A stretch of DNA of 64,000 bases from Lytechinus pictus. Lineage: Eukaryota. The stretch spans positions 310,001 to 374,000 of the forward strand of contig NC_087245.1 in the NCBI RefSeq assembly GCF_037042905.1, in the 5' to 3' direction. Of this stretch, positions 37,715 to 51,049 are shown in pieces. The notes beneath the pieces were generated by a model, which made no database searches, was not told the origin of the DNA, and saw nothing but the letters and a program-made list of their open reading frames with translations. Made by a program: the position numbers and the translations under genes. Numbering within the stretch: position 1 is the stretch's first letter; each line of letters begins with the position of its first letter.

Positions 37715-39410
37715 ACACATACTCAGATCACCCTCAGTGCCTTTGAGTCACACAACACCATTCTCATTCCCCCACACAATCAGTTTACCCTCAGTACCAT
37801 TTAGACACAAAACCTCACAACACGTCTCTCATTTCCCCCCACACACTCAGTTCACCCTCAGTACCTTTTAGACAAACAACCTTACAACACGTCTTCCATA
37901 TCCCCAAACACTCAGTTCACCCTGAGGGTGGCTCATTACCATTGAGACACACAACCTCACAACACGTCCCTCCTTTCCCACACACACTCAGTTCACCCTC
38001 AGTACCATTTAGACACACAACCTCACAACACGTCTCTCATATCCCCCAAACACTCAGTTCACCCTCATTACCATTTAGACACACAACCTCACAACACGTC
38101 TCTCATATCCCCCAAACACTCAGTTCACACTCAGTATCTTTTAGACAAACAACCTTACAACGCGTCTTCCATATCCCCAAACACTCAGTTCACCCTCATT
38201 ACCATTTAGACACACATCCTCACAACACGTCTCTCATATCCCCCAAACACTCAAATCACCCTCATTACCATTTAGACACACGACATCACAACATGTCTCT
38301 CATATCCCACACACACTCAGTTCACCCTCAGTACCATTTAGACACACAACCTCACAACACGTCTCTCATATCCCCCAAACACTCAGTTCACCCTCATTAC
38401 CATTTAGACACACAACCTCACAACACGTCTCTCATATCCCCCAAACACTCAGTTCACACTCAGTATCTTTTAGACAAACAACCTTACAACGCGTCTTCCA
38501 TATCCCCAAACACTCAGTTCACCCTCATTACCATTTAGACACACAACCTCACAACACGTCTCTCATATCCCCCACACACACAGTTCACCCTCAGTACCTT
38601 TTAGACAAACAACCTTACAACACGTCTTCCATATCCCCAAACACTCAGTTCACCCTCATTACCATTTAGACACACAACCTCACAACACGTCTCTCATATC
38701 CCCCAAACACTCAGTTCACCCTCATTACCATTTAGACACACAACCTCACAACACGTCTCTCATATCCCCCACACACTCAGTTCACACTCAGTATCTTTTA
38801 GACAAACAACCTTACAACGCGTCTTCCATATCCCCAAACACTCAGTTCACCCTCATTACCATTTAGACACACATCCTCACAACACGTCTCTCATATCCCC
38901 CAAACACTCAAATCACCCTCATTACCATTTAGACACACGACATCACAACATGTCTCTCATATCCCCCACACACTCAGTTCACCCTCAGTACCTTTGAGAC
39001 ACACAATCTCACAACACGTCTTTCATATCCACCACACATTCAGTTCACCCTCAGTACCATCGATACACACAACTTTACAACACGTCTCATATCCCCCACA
39101 CACTCAGTTCACACTCAGTACCTTTGATACACACAACCTCAGAACACGTCCCTCATTTCCCCCACACGCTTAGTTCACCCTACCTTTTAGACACACAACC
39201 TCACAACACGTCTTCCATATCCCCCACACTCTCAGTTCACCCTCATTACCATTTAGACACACAACCTCACAACACCTCTCTCATATCCCCCAAACACTCA
39301 GTTCACCCTCAGTCCCTTTGAGACACACAACCTCACAACACGTCACCCGTATGCCCACACGCACACACTCAGTTCACCCTCAGTATTATTGAGACACACA
39401 GTACGTGTCT
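37715..39410. repeat. 66-bp minisatellite, about 25 copies, in the intron after coding exon 1
   Basis: Unit cacactcagttcaccctcagtaccatttagacacacaacctcacaacacgtctctcatatccccca; ctcagttca recurs at 37987, 38053, 38119 and 38184. Confidence 0.95.
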
Positions 39411-40791
39411 CATATGCCCCACCCTCCTTTCCATCCGGTTACCTCTGTCTCTGGTATCACCACCCTACTCCACCCCCCCCTCTCTCTCTCTCTCTCAATG
39501 CATGGCCTAGGATATGACTAGATTTATCAGCTAAATCCTCGTAAATATCACCTTCCACAAAAATTGAATCTCGTATTGAATATCGGCAAAAATGGAATAC
39601 AGGACAGGTTATATTGATTTATAGATATTGGGCGCATGTACACCAAACGTGTTAAATTTTAACAAAGCACGCCCGGGGAGATATCACTTCCCAATATTTA
39701 TCATATTTTGTATTCAGAAGAGAAAAATCATGGATGACGGAGGGGATAAGTGAACTAGTATTACAATCGTGCTGAAACAAACGAAGTTATTCAACCAGTG
39801 CTGTTTGGAGCTTTCAACCGTTGAAGTGTTTTGCTTCAAGGCAAGCCTACAAATTCGATAAAATTTGATCTGAAATTCTTATTTGACCATGGTTAGTATA
39901 CGATCACATAAAGGGATGTTCCGGGATGAAAATAATACGATATAAACAGAGAAAAATCAGACAAACAAAACACTGAAATTTGATAAAAATCGGACAACGA
40001 ATAACAAATTTAGATATGTGTATTATTCCGGTGAAACAGTTCCAGACATGTCTTCATGAATATTCAGTGAGCAAATTAATGATGTCATATCCTCACTTGT
40101 TCTTTTGTATATCGATCGTTATCATTTATTTATTTTAAGAAAAGCAGTATACAAATGAACAAAGTGAAACAATGAAAGAGTAACAAGCAAAACCAGGTCC
40201 ATGAACCTATACTGGTTCAAGGCAGGTTGAAATGTACATAATAGTAAAATTACAAAGACATAAGATATTGATTGCAAACAAAAAGCAATCATACGATAAA
40301 ACTGAATAGGTGAATTTGCATTAACATAAAAATGGCTTTAAATAGAGACTTGCTTACATGAGCAAAGGCACAACATTTTTTATCAACAATGGAGGATTCC
40401 ATACATCCGTTATGGTAGCAATAATCATTATACATAACGTAGTATTTTACATTAAGGAAGGCAGACGAGAGAGAGAGAGAAAAAAAAAAACAGGTTCAAT
40501 AATTCAACTTATAAGTGGACTATCACACCAAAAAACCCAGATGGGTTGAATATTGGGGGGAAAAATATAACTTAAGATTTTGTACCTTATCCCAATGCTG
40601 ATCCTTCCTACTGTAAAAAATAACAAAAGATGATAACAGGGCATGCTTACTTATGATCTTTGTCAAATTCCTTGGTCTTATTAGATGTTCTCATTAGATA
40701 TATGACATCTTGCCCCTATTTCGATGGCATCAAAAGAAATTAGGTTTATTCAATTTATTTCTACCAAGAACTGTAAAAATTGGATTGACAA

Positions 40792-41102
40792 TAATAATAA
40801 TAATAATAATATGTCCATTTATCTAGCCCAGTTACTATGTGCATATACTCAACTGCGCTTTGATACTTGGTATCATATTATTACCGTGGCCGTAGCTGAG
40901 CCATCATATTAATAGGCGCTAAATCGTTCAAGAAATAAATCCTACAGGGTACCCATTCACCTCACCTGGGTCGAGTGCAGCACAATGCGGATAAATTTCT
41001 TGCCAAAGGAAATTACGTTATGGCTGGGATTCGAACCCACGACCCTCTGTTTCAAAGTCCGGAGACTAATCCTTTCGGCCACAACACTCCATCAACAACT
41101 CC
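40792..41102 (-). mobile_element. tRNA-derived SINE
   Basis: B box GGTTCGAATCC on the minus strand, same central domain as 11150-11416, (AAT)n tail, TSD ATTGACAA at 40784-40791 and 41103-41110. Confidence 0.85.
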
Positions 41103-41252
41103 ATTGACAACTGATGTAATGCATTAGATATTCATTGCTGCAACTTGTTTTATTATAAAGGAGACACCTTGTTCACACATGTATGAAAAAAAGAAACAAT
41201 TATGAGTCCATGTGATAACATAATAAAAAAAGGAAAGTGAAGATGTGAAATC

Positions 41253-42707
41253 GGCTCGGTGTAAAAATGGCAGAGGTAAAAATGGCAGAGGTAAAAATGG
41301 CAAAGGTAAAAATGGCAGAGGTTAAAATGGCAGAGGTAAAAATGGCAGAGGTAAAAATGGCAGAGGTAAGAATGGCAGAGTTAATAATGGCAGAGGTAAA
41401 AATGGCGGAGTTAAAAATGACAAAGTTAAAGATGGCAGAAGCAAAAATGACAGAGGTAAAGATGACATGCTACAGCAACAAGAGAGAGAGGGCCTTTTGA
41501 CCTTGAACGGACTCTTGTCGATGAAATGAGCTATATGAACTAATTACATATTATTTGTCTTGTTTTTCATTATTATATTAGGTTTATAATTTATCGTTGA
41601 TATGATTAAACTAAAAAAATTCTTGCCAAAATTATTTCAATTAGTGAGTAATGAAAGGATTTATTTTGGCCTGTTCGCAAGTAGAACAGCGCTTGACATG
41701 CAAACGCAACGATTTTAATGTAAACACCAATATGCGCTGCCATTAACCCACTGAAATATACAGGTTTGAGATTACACTTGCATAAATTGGATGACAGAAA
41801 AATAACAAACATTCTGTAATAAAAATAATTTTCTAACTTCCACATCATAATAGATCCGAATAGATATAAATATGACACATTGTTTAATGTAAATGAAGCA
41901 ATTATAGCAATTATTGTTCAGTGTTTTTAATAAGTAATAACTCATTGCAGCTAGTCCAAGTGAATATCAGGTTCCCAAACAAGTTTCTATGGTACGGATA
42001 CCGCATGAATTTCGAAATGTGTAGCGAATGAAATGTATGAGTGTTTCTTACCTTCTTAATAATGTTCGGCAACATACTTTCCACCCAACAATTGCTTAAA
42101 ACTTTATCCAATTCTGGGCAGTTTTAAACCAATAATGTGTGCTTTGGGTGAAAACTACACAGTATTTGTCAAAACTACCCAGAGTTGGCTATTTTTTTAA
42201 CCAATATTTGGTGTGGACAGTATGTTGCCTGACATTTTAAGAGTGAAGGAACTATTCTATCGACCTCTTTTGAAGGGGAAGTTCGCTCTGATGAATAGTT
42301 ATAAAAATTGCAGAAAAAATATATTGGTGAAGGTTTTAGGAAAATCCATTAAATATTAAGAAAGTTATTAGAAGTTTTTGATCCGTGATATATACATACA
42401 TATATATAATATACGAGCACATGCCCTATATTTTATGCACTGTAAAATGTATACTTTTCAATTTTTTAATGGTTCGTGATTGCTAAAAAATTCTTTAAGG
42501 AGCGGATGTGAAATGATTTGTCTGTTGATATACCGAAGGACAATAAAAACCGTCTTCCCTTTTTTTTTTGGAAAATGACATTTCATTGTTTTTTTTATCA
42601 CACCATATATGGAAAGCTACTCGCAAATGACGTTTTTACCTCTGCCATTTTTACCTTTGCCAATTTTACCTCTGCCATCTTTACCTCTGCCATTTTTACC
42701 CGGCACC
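41253..42707. mobile_element. TU-like foldback element with 15-bp terminal tandem repeats
   Basis: 8-bp TSD GTGAAATC at 41245-41252 and 42708-42715; about 14 copies of GTAAAAATGGCAGAG on the left and about 4-5 inverted copies on the right; GG..CC ends. Confidence 0.85.
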
Positions 42708-44635
42708 GTGAAATCATCAGCCCACCTAATAAATATTCATTATGATGTGCATATGACTATATTCACAAAATATTGCTAAACTTAGAAATTCAATAACTTC
42801 GTTATTTGGTATCCGATTTTGATGAACTTTTCAGCATTTTTTTCTGTGAATTTTACTCTTTCTATTTAGATATAAATGTTTTGAGCCCGGAGCATCCCTT
42901 TAACAAAGCCAACAAGAATTTGCTAGCCTTGTGACAATCAATGTAATCACAAAATTATGCTATGCGTAATTTATTCCATACGATTTATGTGATGTGAGTT
43001 TTGCCATGAACTTATTAGGTCCATGGTTTTGCAAAATGCTATTCCGTCATCACAGTATTCAGTTCTCCTGGTATCAGAGGTCTTTTTTGTGTGGGGGAGG
43101 GGTTGTGTTTTAATTTTTTATATATTAATTAGACCTTACATTTTGACAAATCTGGTATTTTAAAGCGGCTTGAAAATTATGTCGTTTAGGTCATGTCGGT
43201 TCATCTTTATTAAAACAAACTTCTTTTTTTCTTCTTCATGGTTTCAGGATTAAAACAATGATTAACCCTTTTTGTAATTCAAAGGGTACGTATCCTGATA
43301 TGCCCCTTCATTATTACCATGTATATAGACACCTGCTTAAAAGATAACGTTTTTAAATATAATGATGAACTCGAACTAAAAATAATTACTAGATGTGTGA
43401 CCAGTTTTATTATATATTGAGACACATTAGATATGTACGCAATTAATATGATTGATATAGACCTTTTGAAAAGTACAGTAAGCCTGTCATTATTGTATCC
43501 ATTATTATTTGGCCCTCGTTAACCAACCTATATTTATTTCTTTATGACCTCAATCACAGTTTCGTGATAATAATCCCCATTTAATTTGTCTACTGGGGAT
43601 AATTAGACTTTATAAAATAAAATATGATCCCTGCGATTACTCCTATGAGAAAACGTAATGATTGGGGAGAAAAGCTGAGTGAAATTCATGATTATTTCAA
43701 TCCTGTAAAGAGGACTTTAAAGAATAAAAACCAGAGAATAAAAATACAGATTGTTTTCATTATTATCGACCTGTTAATTCATTATATAAAGAACAAGAGA
43801 CCGCATGAAAACTGAATTAATGTCTGACTCTGTACCTTCTGTATTGATAACGAAATGATGAAATCGCTCAGTGATCGGTCGGAAATGGGGTGTAATTGTT
43901 TGGTCAGAAACGTGATTTTGCATGCATGATGTAGGCATCAAGGGATTTATAATCCCCCCCCCTGGTGCTTCCTGATTCAAGCAGAATTCTATACGTGTGT
44001 GTACTTTCTTGCTTTACTCCCCCTTATATTTTTATTCTTAGTTCTCATATTCCCCATTTGTGCTGTACAAAACTAGAGTTATTTTTCAGCGCCCCCAGAA
44101 AACAAATAAAAATAATAATAAATAATAATAATTAGAATGATAATGATAATAATGATATGAGCCCAACAATGTACACCCTTTTCTTTATTTCATTTGGGAA
44201 CCGATTTATTTTTATGTTTATATAGTCTCCTGTAAGGGGCCCCTGTTTCTCACCCCTCCCCTGGGGGTTATCCTTTGTGCTCTTTTTCCATCAATCATCT
44301 ACTGACATCTGACAAACATGCTGAAATCCATTTTAAGATTTTGAATGTCCAAATATGTAAAATATATACTGAATACTATTGATCTGTATTCTTTATACAA
44401 GTAAAACAATCAAAACTGCATTCATACGTATTTGCGTATTGCCATTATCGCAAGGGATATATAGAAAAAGAAAGATATAGATCAAATATAAAAGAGTTCG
44501 TAGACCTGAAGGTTGATCCTGGCAAAGCATGTGGTAACATATCAACTTATTTTCACTCTAAAACCTTGTTCTTGTTTATATTCTTGTTCTTGTTTATATA
44601 CCCCATGAAAGACCAGATGTGCTAGGCGCATGATT

Positions 44636-44880
44636 TAAGGTCAAGTCCACCCAGGAAAATGTTGATTTGAATAAATAGAGAAAAATCAGACAAGCACAAT
44701 GCTGAAAATTTCATCAAAATGAGAAAGTGATGACATTTTTAAGTTTCCCTTATTTTTCACAAAACAGTGATATGCACAACTCAGTGACGTGCAAATGAGA
44801 CAGACGATGATGTCCCTCGCTCACAATTTCTTTTGTTTTTTATTGTTCGATTTATATAATTTTTCATTTTTTACAGATTT
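44636..44880. mobile_element. Truncated Kolobok-type element
   Basis: ttaaggtcaagtccaccc start followed by sequence similar to 1130-1300; runs into the TAC microsatellite. Confidence 0.55.
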
Positions 44881-44906
44881 TACTAATTCTACTACTACTG
44901 CTAATT

Positions 44907-44970
<64 letters not shown>

Positions 44971-45220
44971 TACTACTACTACTACTACTTCTACTGCTAC
45001 TACTATTTATACTTTTACTTCTTTTATTACTTTATACTTCTTCTACTACTATTACTACTAATACTGCTACTACTTCTACTACTGCTGTTGCTGCTATACT
45101 ACTACTAATACTGCTACTACTACTATTACTACTTCTACTACTGCTTTTGCTGCTATACTTATACTGCTACTACTATTACTATTTCTACGACTGCTGTTGC
45201 TGCTATACTACTACTACTAT
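44880..45220. repeat. Compound (TAC)n/(TGC)n microsatellite
   Basis: About 340 bp of tac repeats ending about 135 bp before the exon 2 acceptor. Confidence 0.95.
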
Positions 45221-45355
45221 TCCAACTGTCAGTTTACCACGTTTTTCTTAAAGAGAAGTATACTGGAAACGAAACGGTTATTTTCTTTAAATAGTATGTT
45301 GTAAGTATGGTTATTACACCAGTTTCTTCTACTTTTTTGTGTGTCATCTTTTCAG

Positions 45356-45505
45356 ATCGGAGCAAACATCCTATTATATTTGTGTGCCATCATCTTGGGG
45401 TGTGTGTGTTACCTTGTATCAGATAAACAACACCGTATGGCGTTTCTTGAGACCAACGAATCCCTCAAGACGAAACTTACCATTCAAGAACAGGCGGCAC
45501 AGCAG
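45356..45505 (+). CDS. ADCY3: ADCY3-like coding exon 2 (last M1 helix and helical linker)
   Basis: Pyrimidine tract plus ttttcAG acceptor; 150 nt encoding IGANILLYLCAIILGCVCYLVSDKQHRMAFLETNESLKTKLTIQEQAAQQ (cf. ADCY3 ILANVFLYLCAI..DRKHRKAFLEARQSL..EEQSQQQ); CAG|GTAAGT donor; phase 0 at both ends. Confidence 0.95.
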
Positions 45506-46408
45506 GTAAGTAATGTATCACAGTGGTCTTTGAGAGAGATCCATCAAGGTCTATATATTCCTTTCAGCAGTTCAATCAACTAGCTTCAAACAGAGTATAG
45601 TTCTTTTGGCGTGATAATTCACAATTAACCTTGCATGTGTACTAACGCGTGCTGTTATGAACATTTATGCTTTCCTAAATAGTGCAGTTAGATACAATAT
45701 GCAACCTAAACGGTGCTGAGATGAATTCTTCAAAGAAGCTGCAAAATTTTAACACATCTGTCACGACTTTAAATACCACTCAATTATTATTTGTTCTGTT
45801 AACGTTTTGTGCATTCATTGTGTATTTGTAATGGTGAGCTCAATGATTTTGAGCTTAGGTGCAAGCAATGGAAAATAAACACTTTGTTTCGCTTAGGTAG
45901 CAAGAGTATGCCCCCTAAAGAGGTTGCCAGTTTGTCATTTACAGTTCAAACTTGAACTGGGTGTGTGATGGGATGATACCGTGGAATAAAGAATGTTACT
46001 TGCAATGCTAAATTATTCGTCATTCACCAAAAAAATGATTGCTGCGTTGACTGCAAATTCCAAACAAAGTCGCCTCCGATTATAGACGAGTTGAAACGGC
46101 GTAATATATTCTATTGTTAATTTCTTATGTGGCCTTATTTTTGAAGTTTGATTACCGTGCAGCAATCATTCCCTAAACGTCACGTCAAAATGTGCACGAA
46201 TACCACGATAGGTGTAACATTCATCCCAGAAGGCCATGAAGGCAGGAAATCACATTTGTCGTTTTTTGTGGTTTATAACTTTTCCCTAGTGATTTGGCTG
46301 GTAGTTTGCTAGATCTAGAGTTATATATTTTGATACTCGCTCAACTTCTTGACGTAGTTTCTGCATTCCAAAACAAGATAACTCTATATGGTATTTTTAT
46401 TGATGTAG

Positions 46409-46527
46409 GAAGGATTATTACTATCAGTACTACCCAAGCATGTCGCTGATGCTATGGTGATGGATATCGGGAAGAAGAATACTGGTCAGTTTAATCGCAT
46501 CTACATAAGACGCCATGAAAATGTCAG
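46409..46527 (+). CDS. ADCY3: ADCY3-like coding exon 3 (lead-in to the C1a catalytic domain)
   Basis: Not in the ORF track; read by hand. tgtAG acceptor; 119 nt encoding [39 protein letters not shown](S), matching the adenylyl cyclase motif LLLSVLP.HVA...F..IY..RHENVS; AG|GTGAG donor, phase 2. Confidence 0.95.
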
Positions 46528-47625
46528 GTGAGGTATCTCTTTAATTCGGTTCTTTGTCTTATTTTGTCTATTATAACAATATTCTTTTATAGATATATCG
46601 GCGTTAGTTTAAAGGGCAAGTCGAAAAATCAATAGCAACTACCAAAGTTACATTTAACAATTCTTCGGAATAGACACCAAACATGGAATCCAAGATAATT
46701 CTCATTTTCTCAATGGTTTTATCCCGCCCTTGTTACTCATACCACCATGTCGTCTGAATACCTCATAAACTTTAGAAATTCATTACATTCTTAATTTTAA
46801 CCGAGTTTAATGACCCGTTGGATAATTATTAACCTATAGCACCGACACTGAAATCATATTTGGAGATCTCTGCCTTTGATACGAACTAAATGATTAAACA
46901 TGGATGTATCCGTGTGTAGACATAATATGTGTGTGGAACATTATAGAGAGAGTGGGAGAGGGGACAGTGAGGGCCGTGTTGGATGCAGAGTACGTCAATT
47001 CAGATCTAAGTTAGATACTAGCATTCAATGGTTATCGAGCGCCATAATCACAACAGGTACCCCTGAATAAGCTCCGAGCTTTGTTAGGTCTACGTTGTTT
47101 ACTTTGGTAATTAATTATCAAGAATAGTCCAGAGTATTTGGAATAATTTAGAATCTTTTTCATACTGTTGGATTAAAAATTTGATTGGAAGTATGTAAAG
47201 AATTGATTGTACTGCTTATGCTCTTATTCTTATATCAATGAGATTACGTTACTGTCAAGATTATGAAGCATTAATGTATTATCTATCTTCTGTAACTAAT
47301 AGTTTGATGTACACAAAGATTTGACTACCTTTAAGTTTAACTTTGACATTCAGGATTAGAGTTAAATCACCACCTTGCAAAGTGTTGACATTTCAAAGCC
47401 GAAAACCGGACACGTATTTTATCACCAGCATCATGAGCATTGTGTGATCGTGTTCTCACCGACCAAGACATCCTTTACTTCTTTATATCATAATGTATAG
47501 TGCTCTGTAAAATATGCAGCTACGCATAGGGTAGTATATGTTACATCGTATATTCCGGGGATGCAACTTCCTACATTGTATTTTATACGTTCTATGTATA
47601 ATCTGTTATGGGTTTTATCCCTTAC

Positions 47626-47772
47626 CAGGGGCCGCGGAAACGGGGGGCTGCGGGTGCTTCAGCCCCCGCACGTTTTTCCAAAACCTTGTAGAAAAACGTA
47701 AAAATTACCATCTGATTATGATTTTTTGCATGGTCAGCCCCCCCCCCCCTTCAAAACCGTTCCGCGGCCCCT
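47626..47772. mobile_element. MITE of the same family as 1311-1469 (opposite orientation), 5-bp TSD
   Basis: CTTAC|CAGGGGCCGCGGAA...TTCCGCGGCCCCTG|CTTAC. Confidence 0.85.
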
Positions 47773-48126
47773 GCTTACAGGGATATTGATAGCGATACTG
47801 AATGCATACAAAGAGAGAGAGAGGGGGATGGGAGGTTGGGGGAAAGGAATGAGATACAAAACTTGTGGAAATAGATGAATTTGTAAAATAAGAGATTAAT
47901 CATATTTTCCTAGGCCATTGTCTAAGAAATGTACCGAACTGTTGGTGTGAATGTTGAATAATAATATACAACATATTTCGATCTGAGCAATGATAATTGT
48001 ATATACATTAGGAACATATAGTAATAACAATATTCCAAGATAGAAACTTTTTACTGCAATTGTCCCCATCATTTTCAGTACTATATAATCAGATATCATG
48101 TCAGCTTGGTGAGACAAACTCTGTTA

Positions 48127-48526
48127 AGGCCACCGCACACCTTACGACTGGTCTGCGACCCGATTTCAGAATAAAATGTAATAGAATTTGATGCTAATAT
48201 TGAGACTTGGAATATCTTACTGTGTAATGTTCGAAATCATCGTACGAATACCTATGATCAAATTTGTGACTATGCTTTCATCCTTCTTAGAATAAAAGCG
48301 AATCTAATATCTAGTCGTAATGACGTCATAGCAGTCTTACGATTGGCTACGATTTGAAACTAATTTGGACTTTACTCCAAAATAAGAGCTTGCAATCATT
48401 CAAAATTATTATAATATTATTATTTCAATTAATTTTAACCTCAAATAAAATGATATGTTCCATTCACATCTTCAGAAAATGTTCCAAAATCGGGTCGCAG
48501 ACCAGTCGTAAGATGTGCGGTCGCCT
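48127..48526. mobile_element. PIF/Harbinger-type MITE
   Basis: ~40-bp TIR AGGCCACCGCACACCTTACGACTGGTCTGCGACCCGATTT; TTA TSD. Confidence 0.8.
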
Positions 48527-48925
48527 TTAGCCCGCTCGATGTATAATGATTGTCGGATGATCGCTACAGCATGCGACCTCTTTTGTACTATTGCTATATT
48601 ACACATATCCATTTTCGTGGGTAATATATTCTTTAGTCCGTTTGGCATAATTCAGTAAGACCTTGAACGTAAATTTGGGGTATTCGTTTTCTTACATTGA
48701 TAGATTTTACATATGGTCCTTTTTATATTCAGTGATATAAGATTCGCGTTTTAATAGCCAAATTAAAAATGTATACTCTTAATGATAACATGATAATAAT
48801 TATGATTATAATAAAGAAGTAGAAAATAATGATAGTGATAATAATATTATCAAGAGCGAAGATGATGATTAGGCCTATGATGATGATGATGATGGTGGTG
48901 GTAGTCATTATTTCAAGTATCTATA

Positions 48926-50360
48926 CACAACAATAAAAGTACGTCCCCCCTTAAACAAACATCCATAATTTTCGAACCACTCGGAGTATTTTACATGAGC
49001 GTGTAGGTGATTTTTTAGAGCTATTCTCTGAGTGAATGTTACGGACGTACATTATGCCATGCTTCAGTAAGCACCACCAGAAGGCAAAATTGTCACTTTT
49101 TAAAAGTCACAAGCCAAATACCATGACTTTGATTCCATTTAATTGGAACGAATTACACATTCTCATCATGAAAAATCGTCAGAATGCTTGTAAATTTTTA
49201 TGAAAATCCCGATGTCTAAATATTCAGTGAGCACACAATATTCGAAAATTATGCAAATGAGAAGAAAGTTCAAGGCCTTGGCCCCACTCTGTGCCGTATC
49301 AAATGATTATTTTGGCGTGCGTACCTTCTGGATAGTGTCACTATGAAGCCATGTGCTAAGTTTCATGAAGAAAACTGTTGGCAGAAGTAAAAAAAAAAAC
49401 GTACATGAAACGAACCCTCATTTAACTTTTGATACAAATTTTGATTTCCTCTCTCATAGACATTGTGCTTGCTATGGATGCATATGTTTAAGAACAAGTA
49501 GCCCCTTATTCAATGTGGTGGAACTTAAAAAAAACTGTCTATCAATATCATTTGGCAGTAATGTTTATCCGCCTATGGGCAGAATTCTGTGCAAAAACGA
49601 AATCCATTTGTTTATTTATAGATAAGTGACCAGGCATCAAGGGGGAATAAATGGCATTTTCAACGACACAGACTCATTTTGAGGAGTTATAAAGTGAATA
49701 ATGGGGGCAAATTCAGTTTTAAATGTGACTTAATTGCTCTTGATTTTACATGATTTTGATCACCACACACTTACCGAACTTTTTACACTTTCATGGTAGA
49801 GCGAGCATACTTGAAAACTTAGGAATGAATACTCTCTATATTGCATAAATTCATTATTTTCCTAAAAATTTCTCAGGATCAGTTGCATTTATGGACAAAT
49901 CAGTGGTGGATCCAGAATTTGAAAATTGGGAGGGGAGCCACTGACATTTTCCAAATTTAATACGTTTTAAAAGTTATTGAGGATACTACCATAAACTTCT
50001 GTGATGATACGTCACCAAAAAAATACTCACTCAACCATGAACATACGTTATCAAAATTTTGTGTGGAGTGGCTAAATGATGGATAGTGAAACAGCATTAG
50101 CACCATAAAATTCACAAAAACAACCTTCGCCCAATTTTGTATTTACACAATCTGAAAAAACGACTCTTGTGACTTTCAAAAATTGTCATTTTTAATTCAA
50201 TCTTTGATTAATCATGCATGACTCAATCGAATCAATCTTATTTTTCTTCAAGAGTTGCTTAATGAGTGGAGAAAATCGCCTACGAACTATTATATCTCGA
50301 AACCATTTCGTTCATAAGTTACAGCATTTTGATTTAGGGGGGACTTACTTTTTTGCTGTG
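48926..50360. mobile_element. 1.4-kb non-autonomous TIR element
   Basis: CACAACAATAAAAGTACGTCCCCCCCTTAAA and TTTAGGGGGGACTTACTTTTTTGCTGTG are inverted termini; no ORF; superfamily (Tc1/mariner vs EnSpm) unresolved. Confidence 0.65.
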
Positions 50361-50840
50361 TGTGTGTATATAATGTATGTATGTATGTATATACAAATCT
50401 ACGTTTTTAATTATATTTTTTGGGGGGTTTGTAAATACGATAATCAAGAAGAGGAGCATATTTTGGATGTTAGGGAACTGTCTCTCTCACCATATTTTTG
50501 TTCTAAATTCGTCACATCGTTGAAGGTGCCTCCACAACGAGTGTGCAAATCGTAAAAACTTCGCTCTTTAGATGAAATGGAGTGATTTTATCTAGAAAGG
50601 AGTCGATGACTAGAGTTGATAACCTTTACCATGCACAACCTCCTTCCAGCGCACCACCCTTTGCATCTCAATCCATTATTCACTTGACTCTTCTTTCTTT
50701 CCTTTTTTTTGTAAGGATTCCAATTGCCATTTTGACACGGCTTTTCGTTATAAGAAGATAGTGCGACAGACAGTAATTACCTAGGCCTAAAAGATAAAAC
50801 AATGTTGTAATTATGTGTATCGTTTATTTTCTGTATACAT

Positions 50841-51049
50841 CAGGGTCGGATCCAGGATTTTCCAAAAGGGGTGGCACATTTCCCTGATGAAAATTTGAGA
50901 AGCAAAAAAAAAAAATTGTCCTCACTTTCAGAAGGTGAGCACACCTGGGTAAAACGGTACATTTACATTACAAATCTGATTATGACTCTCAAGGGGGGGG
51001 GGGGGCGGGGCACGGGCCGGCTATGCCCCCCCCCCTGGATCCACCTCTG
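50841..51049. mobile_element. hAT-like MITE
   Basis: CAGGGTCGGATCCAGG...CCTGGATCCACCTCTG with perfect 8-bp TSD GTATACAT. Confidence 0.85.

Larger units (their letters stand above)
39912..42899. mobile_element. Kolobok-type element expanded to 3 kb by nested insertions
   Basis: ATAA|AGGGATGTTCCGGG...CCCGGAGCATCCCT|TTAA; host segments are collinear with 1-672 and 1096-1640. Confidence 0.8.

Noticed and set aside
37942..38538. 198-aa His/Ser/Pro-rich ORF
   Set aside because: Arises from the G-poor 66-bp minisatellite; TTG start, frame shifts between units, no splice support.
41267..41500. (MAEVK)n pentapeptide-repeat protein
   Set aside because: Translation of the 15-bp terminal array of the TU-like element.
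44789..45061. Poly-Thr mucin-like ORF
   Set aside because: Translation of a (TAC)n microsatellite.
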